From assembly GCA_002633005.1 (NCBI GenBank), contig NMRA01000717.1, positions 1 through 64,000 on the forward strand: 64,000 nucleotides of DNA. The letters run 5' to 3'. The DNA is from Phoronis australis. Its lineage: Eukaryota; Animalia; Phoronida. The position numbers and the translations under genes are program-made. The notes beneath the pieces are model-generated. The model was not told where the DNA came from, did no database searches, and saw nothing but the letters and a program-made list of their open reading frames with translations. This document shows, one piece after another, positions 39,701 through 51,700 of the stretch; position 1 is the first letter of the stretch; each line of letters begins with the position of its first letter.

Positions 39701-42700
39701 CTGCCAATCATAGCTCACTCAGTCTCAATACGCTGATATCCCACATGTTGATGACAAAGTAGAAAACAAAATTCTGGGGCAAAATGCTGTTTCGAAATTG
39801 TAGATTTCTGAGACATTAAAAATACCATTATAATGACTGCCACATAGTCGTAGACCTGATGGACAACTACTGCTCCTTCTACAGAATCATCTATGGGACA
39901 TCATAGTTGCCAACATTTTAAAAGGAAAAACTAAGATATTAGGATCTAGGCTATATTGCAAGGGACAAACGTCTGCAGCAACACCTACAAACACCCGTCA
40001 CATTTTTAATTTTTTTTTGAAATAGGGGTGAGTCGTGTGGAAAAGCAAAAAATATGATACTAGGTCAATTGCACCACACATGTCAAAGATTGGGACATCC
40101 TAATGCAAGACACCGGACAAAACTCCAAAAAGCAGGAATATCCCACCAAAAGTTGGACAATTAACAAGTATGGGTATACTCATGAGACTGGGCCCTACAG
40201 CACGATGTATACTCATGAGACTGGGCCCTACAGCATGATGTATACCCATGAGACTGGGACCTACAGCACGATGTATACTCATGAGACTGGCCCCTACAGC
40301 ACGATGTATACTCACGAGACTGGGCCCTACAGCACCATGTACTCATGACACTGGGCCCTACAGCACGATGTATACTCATGACAGTGGGCCTTACAGCACG
40401 ATGTATACCCATGATACTGCGCCCTACAGCACGATGTATACCCATGACAGTGGGCCCTACAGCACGACTACCACGTGTTGACTTATGGGATAGAATTCTC
40501 CGTTCTCATTCCAAAACCGAAGATATCTTGCTGCGAGTATCTTGCATTTACCGGCGCGCATTTGGTGACTTTCAGAGATGTTGGTTCAAGTCTTGGTAGT
40601 CTACTGACAGACATTAGCCGTAACAAACCACTATACGTAAATGTCTGCTTCAAGAACTGGATTCACAGAAGGGAGTGTGGGGAAACCCAGACATAATGTG
40701 TTGCTACTTTTCTGAGGGTAAGCCATAATTTAATTATCAAAAGTAGTAAGCATAACTGCCGTTGCTGAAAGTCCAACAGCATGGCTAAAGGAGCATTTCG
40801 TTTCTGTTTAGTTGTCAATATTGAAATCAAATTAAATCAAATCCCTTTGGTATTTAAAAACCAAACCATGCTCATTCACTCCAGAACTGCTGCTGAATGA
40901 GCTGTCAACTCCCATCACAATCAGTGAGTACATGCGCTATTTTCGAATTCAGATTTTTAGGAAAGTCAACTGGTTTTCTTGGATTACTGACATGGTTTTA
41001 ATGTTTTTGATGGTGAGAGAAATCAAGTCCTATCATGGCAAGAAATATTATGTGATTAATTTTATGAGTTAAGTCATAAGGAAATAAGTGGAGTCTTTAT
41101 ATTCATTATTACATCTACTTAGGATACAAGTAAAATTTATTTTATTTTTTATTTTTTCATGAAAGATATGTAGCTTCAAATAAATGCTTTACCAAGTTCA
41201 AGTTCTGTAACCATAGCTACCATCAATAAATAGTTTAAAAACTGGACATTCACAACCATATATGAAGCCCTTGAAAACGGAAAAAATTGTTAACTTAGGC
41301 AACTATTTTTGTGAGAAATGCATGAGATTTTACGGTAACGCACACCAGATGATTTTAAAAAATGAGTGTACAAATCCTTACCGTTGTTATCAGGGCCTGA
41401 GAGAAACTTGATATCCCCCAAGCACAGTGAAGAGCAGGTGAGAGGATACTCAATATCATCATCTCCATAGCATCGGCCATCTTGAAAACAGAATTACAAA
41501 ACTTAGTAATGCTGAATAGCTGTCTTCAAAAGACACACTGCGTCATGTCTAGAAATAAATACTCTAGCAGAAACAAGTTAAGAGATCCATGAAGATAGTG
41601 AGCATTCCTAATTTTACATGATTAAGCTTTGAACTGAGCAAGTGAAGTGCTTTCAACTGAGTGAAGTGTTCTGAACTGAGTGAAGTATTTTGAACTGAGA
41701 GTAATGCTCTGAACTGAGTGAAGTACTTTGAACTTAGTGAAGTATTTTGAACCGAATGAAGTGTTCTGAACTGATTAAAGTGCTCTGAACTGAGTGAAGT
41801 ACTTTGAACTTACTGAAGTATTTCGAACAGAATGAAGTGTTCTGAACTGAGTGGAGTGCTCTGAACTGAGTGGAGTGCTCTGAACTGAGTGGAGTGCTTT
41901 GAACTGAGTGAAGTGCTTTGAACTTAGAGAGCCCATTAACTACTTACTTCACTGCAAATTTGGTGATAAATGACCTTGACATTGTCACTTGCCAATGCGT
42001 TACAAAATAATTTTGTAAACACTATTTCTTTAGTCACAATTCTAAACATGCAGCCACAATTCAAATCACACTGTAAGAAACAATTGAATACCCCAATGCA
42101 TACTATACCTAACTTAAATTTCTCCATTGAGCAGGGCTTAATTGCATAAATTTACTTGCTGCCAGGTTTAGAAAACATAAACATAATGTCCAACTGTAGT
42201 GATTAAACACATTTAAAGTTATTTCAAAACTTTTTTTACTTGAATCACATTATTGAAGCGAGAAATATCCTCAAGAGAAGCACAGACCTTTAACAAGAGC
42301 AACGTGTAGCGTTGAAATGTGCCCACGAATGCAATGCAAATGGTGTGCTTTTAGGGTTACTCATTTGTATCATAAAAATGGCCACTAGATGGCGCAAATT
42401 TTAAGATGGCGCAAAAACATACAATCCATCCAAAAACAGGAACACGCCATGTTTCATAAAAATCTGTCAAGGTACTTCAGAGAAACAAAGGAAAACAGAA
42501 TAAAATGAAATTGTCACTTGTGGGCACAGCATCCGTTGGATCCACATGAAAGTCGTCATCGTCTGTTGTTATCTTCATATAAATACATTTACTAAATTTA
42601 ATAAAGATCGTGCAGTGGGTTTAGGAGATACAGCTATGAGCGCAAAACAAAACAAAACTACCACTAGTAGGCGCCACAGTAATTAGTCGCCATCATCAAA

Positions 42701-45700
42701 AGTCCTCTACACACTGAGAACATGCATGCCAATTTTCACAACTATCCCTAGAATGATTTGGTTGATACATGGGTGGACGCCAATAACAAGACTTGAAAAC
42801 AGCAAAAATGGCCAATAGGTGGCGCAAAATACCTTGATTCCATCCAAAAGCAGGAAAATAGGGCCATCTCACCAATAGATGCCTATATTTAAAATTTTAT
42901 GAAAATCTGTTGAGGACCTTTGCAGATACAGAGTTAAATGTTAAAACTAAAATTGCCACTAGGAGGCATAACAGTAGTCAGATCCGTCCGAAAGTCGTCA
43001 TCATCTGTAGTCATCATCTTATGAATACACTTGCTAAATTAAGTAAAGATCCTGCAAACAATTTAGGAGATACAGCCATGAGCACAAACAAAATGCCACT
43101 AGGAGACGCCCCAATACCCAATATTCGAAGTCATCAGAAAATCATCGCCAGCCGTCCACTTCACAGTAAAATCATACATGCCAATTTTCAGCTATCCTGA
43201 AAACGGTTTGGTTGATAGACGAGTAGACACCAAAAAACAGACTCGAAAACAGTAAAAATGGCCACTAGGTGGTGCAAACTAGGTCAAATCCATCCGCAAA
43301 CGGACGGATAATATCACCTCATACCTTGAGGACCATTGAAGGTACAGAGGTAAACGTAAAAATAAAATTGCCACTAGGTAGCATACCAGTAGTCAGAACT
43401 GTCTGAAAGTCGTCATAGTCCGTAGTCAACATCATACGAATACACTTGCTAAATTAAGTAAAGACTCCTGCGAACAGTTTAGGAGGCACAGCCATAGGCG
43501 CAAAAAAACAAAACTGCCACTAGGAGGCGCCACAGCAGTCAAAGTCGTCGGAGAATCATCGTCATCCGTCCACTTCATAGTAAGAACATACATGCCAATT
43601 TTCACAATCATCCTTTGAGCAGTTTGGCTAATAGAGGGGTGGACGCAAAAAACACTCGAAGGCAGTAACAACGGTCACTAGGAGGCGCAAACTACATCAA
43701 ATTCCATCCAAAAATGGGAGGATCGCATCATCTCACAAATAGGTGCTTACATACCAAATTTCATTAAAATCCGTTTAGGACTTTTGAAGATACAGAAGTA
43801 AGCATAAAAAACTAAAATTGCCACTAGGGGGCACACCGGTCGTCGGAACTGTCCGAAAGATCGCTCATGTCGTCCCATCCATGGAATGAACACATGCAAA
43901 TTAAATTTCATGAACATACGTCAAGGGGTTTTGAAGATAGAGCAGCGGACGCTGGACGGACGGACGGAGATGACGGTATAATGTGTCCACATATAAATAT
44001 GTGGGCACATAAAATGGTTTTCATTTGCTTGAGAACAAAACTTAGAACTAGAGCTGTGACAAAAGACTCATCCAAAGCACAAGTTTCAATAAAACTTTGC
44101 TGACACAATGAATGTTATGTATGTAGGAACATATTAGGAAAATGTCAAGATTTGGCAAACTTCGGAACATCACATAACAGAAATAACTGACAGGGATTCG
44201 CATGAAAATTTCAGTAACTTTCCAAAACGCTGCTAGGAAGGAATTGTTTTTAAAATGGTCCGTTTTTGCACAAAGAACTATCAAAAAAGGAAAAAAATAT
44301 GAAACCGCACGATAAAATAATAATTTCGAAATCTATAACAGGGTTTTTGAGATTTCATCAGAAACAATAATATCAAATAAAATTTGGTCATGTTCTTGAC
44401 GGATGTTGTTTTGCTATCATTCTTTCTTGCTAAATTTTACAAGACATGATCACGTGACCTTATCGTAAAAAAATCAAATTCTGTTCTTACTGACCGAGTA
44501 AAAAATGAATCACTTTGTATATATTTTGCTGAATACACAGATTTGTCAATAATGTTCTACAGAACTCTAATAATAGCTTCAACTAGGCCATGTATAATCA
44601 CTCAATTTTGTTTTACTTAGAAACGCCAAAGGAAATAGTCTGAAACCATAGTAACAGACTAAGATTAGCAGATAGAGTGTATTGATTTGTCAGAGAACAG
44701 GCTGCAAGCTGTAACGGAAGATATTAATTCAATTAACATTTGACTGGCAATAAAAATAGCTTGGTCGAAATGAATAATTCTATTTTGTTAGTTGCACCAT
44801 CCAATGTGATATGAAATTCATCTAAGTGTTACATCACTAACTCAGGGAAGATTGTGGGCTTAGCACAACACTGCAGATATTGGCTGTCAGTGCAATGGAC
44901 ATTATTAAATAATAACTTCAAGATAATTGCTGCCTGGTGAAAATTAGAATACAAAAGTCACAAAACAGAAAGACAGATTAAATAGAAACACAATGCAGAA
45001 AAAACATTTTCACATAATAAAACAGGTGTAAGTCTGATCCAACTGGACCGAGAGTTTTCATCCAGTTATGGCAAAATCCGACTTATTTATAGGGCCTAGC
45101 GCATGAACATGACAAACTGTACTGCACAACTGAGTCCGAGTTTAGAGCGAAAAATCTGGCTTTTGCGAATTTCTCTGATTTCAGAAATGGCCACAACTCA
45201 AATTAATCCAAAAAAAAGTAAAACTTGTCAACGATGAGACAACAGCTTCCTCTCTAGATCAGTAACTTACCCATGCCAGACCAGTTAACAAGGACAACTT
45301 GACCTGAAACCGACCAAATCCAATTCTGTCCATGGCTTGCTCCACTGTGAAAGTCTCTGGAAACAACAAAATTGTTATAGAAAGTTTCACGTCAAGAATT
45401 CAACTCTCAATTCAATTCTCCTCGCTTTTGCAGAGGTACAAATTAACACATTGTACAATTAACCTAGTTTTGAGAGAATAAGCCACTGACACACCAGTCC
45501 AAGCCAAGTCGAATAAGAAAGAATGCTATGTTGTACCCCACTCAGCTTGTCACATTTGTGGATGTCTGCCTTGCAACTCCCTGTGCCACAGTGGGACTTA
45601 CACCAAAACTTTGTTGACATGAGAACAATGAGTGGTGAACCAGTTTTGATGCAGACTAGTGACCATCATGGTAGCAGAGTCCTGCATTGTGGGAAAACAC

Positions 45701-48700
45701 CACCCAGTCAGTGGGGTTATCTCAGTGTCTTCACGAAATGGGCATGGGACAGGCAGAGATAGGCAACTTTGATTAAGAAATGCCTCGAAGATGCACAGGA
45801 GTTTATTTGACCAATACGTAGTCGGTTCCCAATCAAATTCTTTCACATCTTTTGAGATCGACGTACTGAACCAACACGTAGTATCCAATATAGTATCCAA
45901 TATAACTTTTCCTAGCCCACTGATGTCAGATTAAGAAAATCAATTCCATGCTTGAGTAAAAACAGAAAATGAAAAACTCCCTGTATGTTGTTTCACTGTT
46001 AAATGACAGAATCACATTGACACAGACTGGTTATCTAAAATCTAAAAACTGAATTTCCACAAATTAGAGTAAACCTTCAAATACCTGAACTTTAAACTGT
46101 TTTTCAGTGACCATTTTCACACTGAGAAATTGTTTGATACAACAAATTGTTTGATACAACAAATTGTTTGATACAACAAAATGTTTGATACAACAAATTG
46201 TTTGATACAACAAAATGTTTGATACAACAAATTGTTTGATACAACAAAATGCTTCCCATATTCACACTTAGATACACATATATTACATAAAAATACAATC
46301 TAATTAATAAAATTGGAATTTCTTACAAAAACTCTATTTTCAAGAAAAAACACGATCGCCAACAGTATACAATGCCATGGGAAAATTCAGTGTGGATATG
46401 TGGAAATCTAGAAAAGATTAGTTTTTAAGACTCGCAAGGTATTTGTTGGGGTTCGCCAACCTTAAAATTTTAAATTTGCCAGACTTGAGTTAGGAAACAA
46501 AAATAGCATCACAATGAGGAACATTACAAGACTAACTGATGAGAGTAGAAGACCTAATTTGATTTTCGTAATTTAGCCAGCTAAACAGAGAAATTACAGC
46601 TTTATGTTGCACTGCATGTCATGACTATAATCCAGATGGTCTTTGTGAAATGTCAAATATTGATCACAAATGCACCTCACTTGAACATTCAATGTCATGT
46701 CAAATGACCTGAATTGATAATGACCACAATCGTGCACTATTCATCAGAAATAAGACAGCTGTTTCGAATACCATTAGCAAATTCTAAAGAATAAACCACC
46801 TACCAAACCACTTGTTAATTATTTGTTAATTACTTGTTAATTACTTGTTAATTAATCTATTTAGCTAACAGGTGGCGATCTAGTCTTAAAATGTTATTAA
46901 AGTCACCGATGATGATAATGATCTGAAGCTTGCATAAAGTCGCTTTGCCATTAGAGGCAAAACTTCACTTTTACAGAAGTTTCGGTAAGTGGGAAGGTTA
47001 AATCTGGTAGTTAAACTGCAAGCGAAACTTCGCTGAAAATAGTAGAATTCAAAAACCAAGCTTTGGTGTAGCGGGAAAGGTCAGAGCGAAACTTCACCAA
47101 AGTAGAGGTCACGGCAACGATATACGATCACGCGGCAAAACGTGTTCTTTGTAAATGTAGTGTAGCTAGCCGACATGCTCTCAATAGACGCAGATAAATA
47201 AACAAAAGAAGGCATATCTGATGAATGACACTGATCATTTTCATAAACACTTGTAAATGGCATGAGAACAATTTTCAATTAGCCTCGAACCCAATCCTCA
47301 ATATTCATTTAAGAGTACGAATGAATTGTGTCGGCTGGTATCTTAGCAATAACTTCGGTATCACTGTCTAGTCAAAAAGGTAAATGAAGTTTCGGCAAAG
47401 CACTGGATCTCGATATTATTACATTATTGCCGCTGAAGACTTTAAAGTGATTGATTTAAAATTGATTTACCTTTAAATCGATTTAGGAACCATGTGTAAA
47501 TGCCAGTGGTTTACAGCTTAACAGTGATTCAAACTGAACCCACTCGTTGAAGTGGTTCAACATAGACTTAACCCAAACCAATTTCTACCTTGCGATGTGT
47601 GAATTCATCAAAGCTATTCGACTCAGATTAGGCTGAGCATGTGCAGACCTAGGTTTGTGTATCTACCTTTGTCCTAGATTACCTGCTTTACTCAAATTAA
47701 ATATTCTCAGATTTTACATTCTTACCCACTAGTAAAATACAAACAGGAATTGGAAGGAGTGTGGGAAATAACGAACAATGAAATGTTGTGAAAACAATCA
47801 AATAACACGCCATTTATAAAAGGTTGCTCTTAACAGAAAGAAGAGAAGTGCGCAGATTCTTCCAGTAGATGGCACTGCATCTAAAGCAAGTTGGTCTTAA
47901 TAGCGTACTAGTAGACAGGGAGACCTAATAAGCCCATCGAACAGGATATATCGACTATCGATTCCAAACTTTAGTGTAAACGGGGTATAAGATAGCTGAG
48001 CACTCAGGCAAGAACAATCTAATACCATCAAGTGTACTGTTTACTCTAGACAATGAGAGATTGGGCTGGTATTTATACAGCTGATATTAACTACACTTGA
48101 TTCAGAAGCTGAACTTTACTTAACACAGGCAAATCACCAAACTTGGGAGAAACATTAAATTTTTACAAGCAACATTTATTGAATCTTACATGCAGATAGG
48201 ACACAATATGGCAGACAGGTGGAATTTAATTTGTTAAATTTTACAACAAAAAATAACTTCATAGCATATGTCGTGTGTATCCATCGAGCCGTCACCAAAC
48301 AATGTTTGGAAAATTTTGTGCATTTGTAACTGTTTAGCTGTCTAAAAATAAAAATTTGGCTTTTAACTTTCGTAAAACAGGTCTCATGATGTTCCTTCCA
48401 ATGATAGGATCATATTTTAATTGACTTAAGCTTATTAAAATAACATGGGCAAGAAATTCAATTTTGAGCTTCAAAGGTAGGGACACATACATAATAAAGG
48501 CCCCCTGAAGGAACTCCCAACACTAATATGTGCTCATATTGCTGGGATGAAATGGTGATATGGTGGAGGTATGACCCACATGTCTCTTGTGCAGTCAGGC
48601 CTTCCAGATAAGAGAAGGGAGCTGAGAAGGGGATAAGATCTATTCCATTGTTATAAGTGGGTTACCTTAAAAACCATCCAAATTCAATGAATTGCACCTA

Positions 48701-51700
48701 CAGTGGTAAGAACTTTCCCCATGTTAGCACAAAGGAAAGGCCTGGTGGTTTGTACTTCATAAAGGATACAGTGGGGAGAACAGATGTGTCAGTTTCAGGT
48801 TGCAGAATTTAACTGGAATTAAATATGAACTTGAGATAATGGTCAATATTTCTCAACGGTTTCTCAGTTTCAATAGGTAATGTTATTGTGAACCGAATCC
48901 CTGTTTCGATTTTAAATTTTCATTTAGATTAGAATTCTGAAACACTGAACACTCAATCCGTGTTTGATATTCCACTTTTCAACCTGAAATTGGAAAATGG
49001 AAATTTGAGCGCCCGTATTCCATGGTTCAATTTTGCAATCATGCCACTATACATCAATGTATTATACTCTGCAAAATTAGCAATGACATATGACAAAATG
49101 GTGCGTAACATGAGAATTCTGCGATAATACCCACACCACAGTAGATTAATTTTCATATGGGCTTCAAGCTCAAGACCATGGTTTATATACCAAACTACCG
49201 TATTTGTCTGGGTAAACGCCCACGGTGTTTGCATTGAGCATCTAATACCTGTTAACACTGAAAATTTAAAATCGGTTCTGGGTGCAAAACGATTTAGGAA
49301 GTTTGTGTAAACATATATCCAATTCAACCTGAACCTACTCATGGAGGTGATTTTGAACAGAATGATTTAACTTCCCTTGAAGTGTGAACACACAATCAAA
49401 TTGATTAGACTGAAATGGGGAAGAGACGGATAGTTTAACATGTGCAGAACTATATAGGTTCTTATTTCTCCTTGCATGGTTGTTACAAAAGCAAATCGAT
49501 TCAGAACTTAAGTGTAAACGTCGAATTGGGCAAAAAAGATCAGGAGACGACTGTAAAACCATTTAAAACATTAAGAAAAGTTGAGGTTGCACCCAGGAGG
49601 TATTAAACCAGTAACATGGAGAGCAGTTAGAAAATTAAGATACCTACCAATTCACAGAGTGTACTCAAAAAGGGACCCATTTGTAGGGAGCTTCCAGATT
49701 TTGTTCTGACTCAAACATCATCCTTTTGTAGGGATTAATTTCATAAACCTTGCCTAGTTTCTAGAGATTCTTTGTGGGGTTCCAACCAGAATTTCAAAAA
49801 TAAGGCATCCCAAATGGGTTTCCAAAAGTCTCAGGTAATCCATAACCAATGATACGTGTCACCATTTTTGTGACGCCCTAGACACCCTCCATATGAAGGC
49901 CTGATTGTGGGACACTTAAACTTTTGACACAATAAGCCTAGAAAAACACAAAAGATGCTGTGTTGTCAAAATGAGCATGTATCATTCACAACAAACGTGA
50001 TGAAAACTGTTATGAAGATTTACGGTAATATTGTTTAGTTGGAAAGGGACCTTTTATAGAGTTTTGAATTCCAAAAGGAATTTTGGAGGAAAAGGTACAA
50101 CCCTTTCCAGAGAGCTATAAACAGGGTGACATACAGCTTCAAAAAGACAGTTTTCTTTGAAGAATTTCCAAAATAAGGATTAATGAATTAACCCTTACAA
50201 AAGGGCAGTGTTTTTGTCAGAAAAAAACACCAAAAGGAAATTTTTCATGGAAGCTCCAATGGGTCTCTTTTTTCACCAAGTCCGCCCATGAGGTATAAAC
50301 TGTACATATGTTAGTCACAGGTAAGCGAATTGCTAGCGTAAGTACATGTAACAGGCTACTTAGAAAATTGCAGGCACTTTGGGAACTGAAATTCATTCTA
50401 GTAGCGTTCACTTAAGAGCTTTTAAAAAATCTGACAGGGCATACAAAAGAGGAGGACATGAGGTGTGGACATTCAGGTAAACATGGACATTAATTGAGTG
50501 TACACTAGTCTTCAAAATGACCCCTGGTACACAGCTTTAATTTTTTTCAACATCCCTTGTTGAAAAATAGGTACCCAAGTTTTCTGGTGACTGCCCTCCA
50601 ACATGGCTTGAACTATTTCATATTCAGTTATGTACTGGTAACCTGTTTGGCTTGGAACTTTTGCCTACATGAATTCATGTTAGTTTCTGTTGATTATGTA
50701 GACTGGCTTACTGATCACTTGCCAATGGTACTTGCTCTAGTTGCCGCAAAGTGTTACATGATTGCTGAAAAAATATGTAGAATCAAGAAATGACTACCCA
50801 TCAGTAAGACCAAAAAGCCTACTTGGTCTGTACCTCAACTCACTTTGATAACTACAACCCCCTGCATCCACCAACATCATTCTAGCTAAGTGCTTGACGT
50901 TTTTCCAAAAGCCACACAAAGGCATGCAGATAATTTTTGAAAAGCGTGACTTGTAAAGTCAGTTAGTCACCTGTTTATCATCATTGACTCAAAATATGCT
51001 ATAACCACAGCAGCACTGCACAGCATTGTACTGTCTATTTGTTATTGTGATCATTCGATGTTAAGTTAAAGTAATCAATAATCAATCAATTAGTGCTAGC
51101 TGACAAAAGTACTGTTACACTACAAAAGTAGATACGGATCAGCTGACACGGAACGAGACGTTCCAGCGCAAGTATGTGTGTAAACAGAACAGACACGGAG
51201 CAAACTGACACAGCGGTGACAACTTTTGAGCGATTTGCGCTCGATCATCTTGCTCCATGTCAATTATATGTTTAACCGCGAAACTGGGGCAAGGTGGAAA
51301 GGATCATCTCTACAGCGCTTGTGCAATGACCTACATACCGGTTCTCTGTCTTGGCAACTCCCTCTATTTGAAAACCTGCGCATGTGCGTTCCACACTTCA
51401 GCGTACAATTTCCGTCTTGCCACAGTTAGTGAGTTGTGTGTGTGAACGGCCACTTGACACCAATCAATTTGTTCCGTGTCAGTTGCACCGGGCCAAACGT
51501 TGATGTCAAAATGGGACTAATAAAGATTATAAAAACTTTTGGATAATCGGGTGGTCTACATTTAGGGGAAAGTTTTCATGGTGACAAAACTGCAATAACA
51601 CCATGATAAGAGTTGTGATGAGTGGAAAGAGTGAGCATCAGGCGTTTTGCCAGTTGTTTTTAGTATCTAGACCGACATTCTAAGGCAAACTACAACCAGA

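Noticed and set aside
40100-40481. Repeat-protein ORFs ([11 protein letters not shown] / [11 protein letters not shown])n
   Set aside because: The 33-bp unit is open in several frames on both strands by periodicity and is broken by an indel; no splice support.
39212-46250. CRISPR-like arrays (19-, 33-, 20- and 17-bp repeats)
   Set aside because: Head-to-tail minisatellites without unique spacers, in a eukaryotic intronic context with no cas genes.
48953-49342. 129-aa ORF nested in SVOP intron 1
   Set aside because: No recognisable domain or splice signals; shares short motifs with dispersed repeat sequence near 14760.
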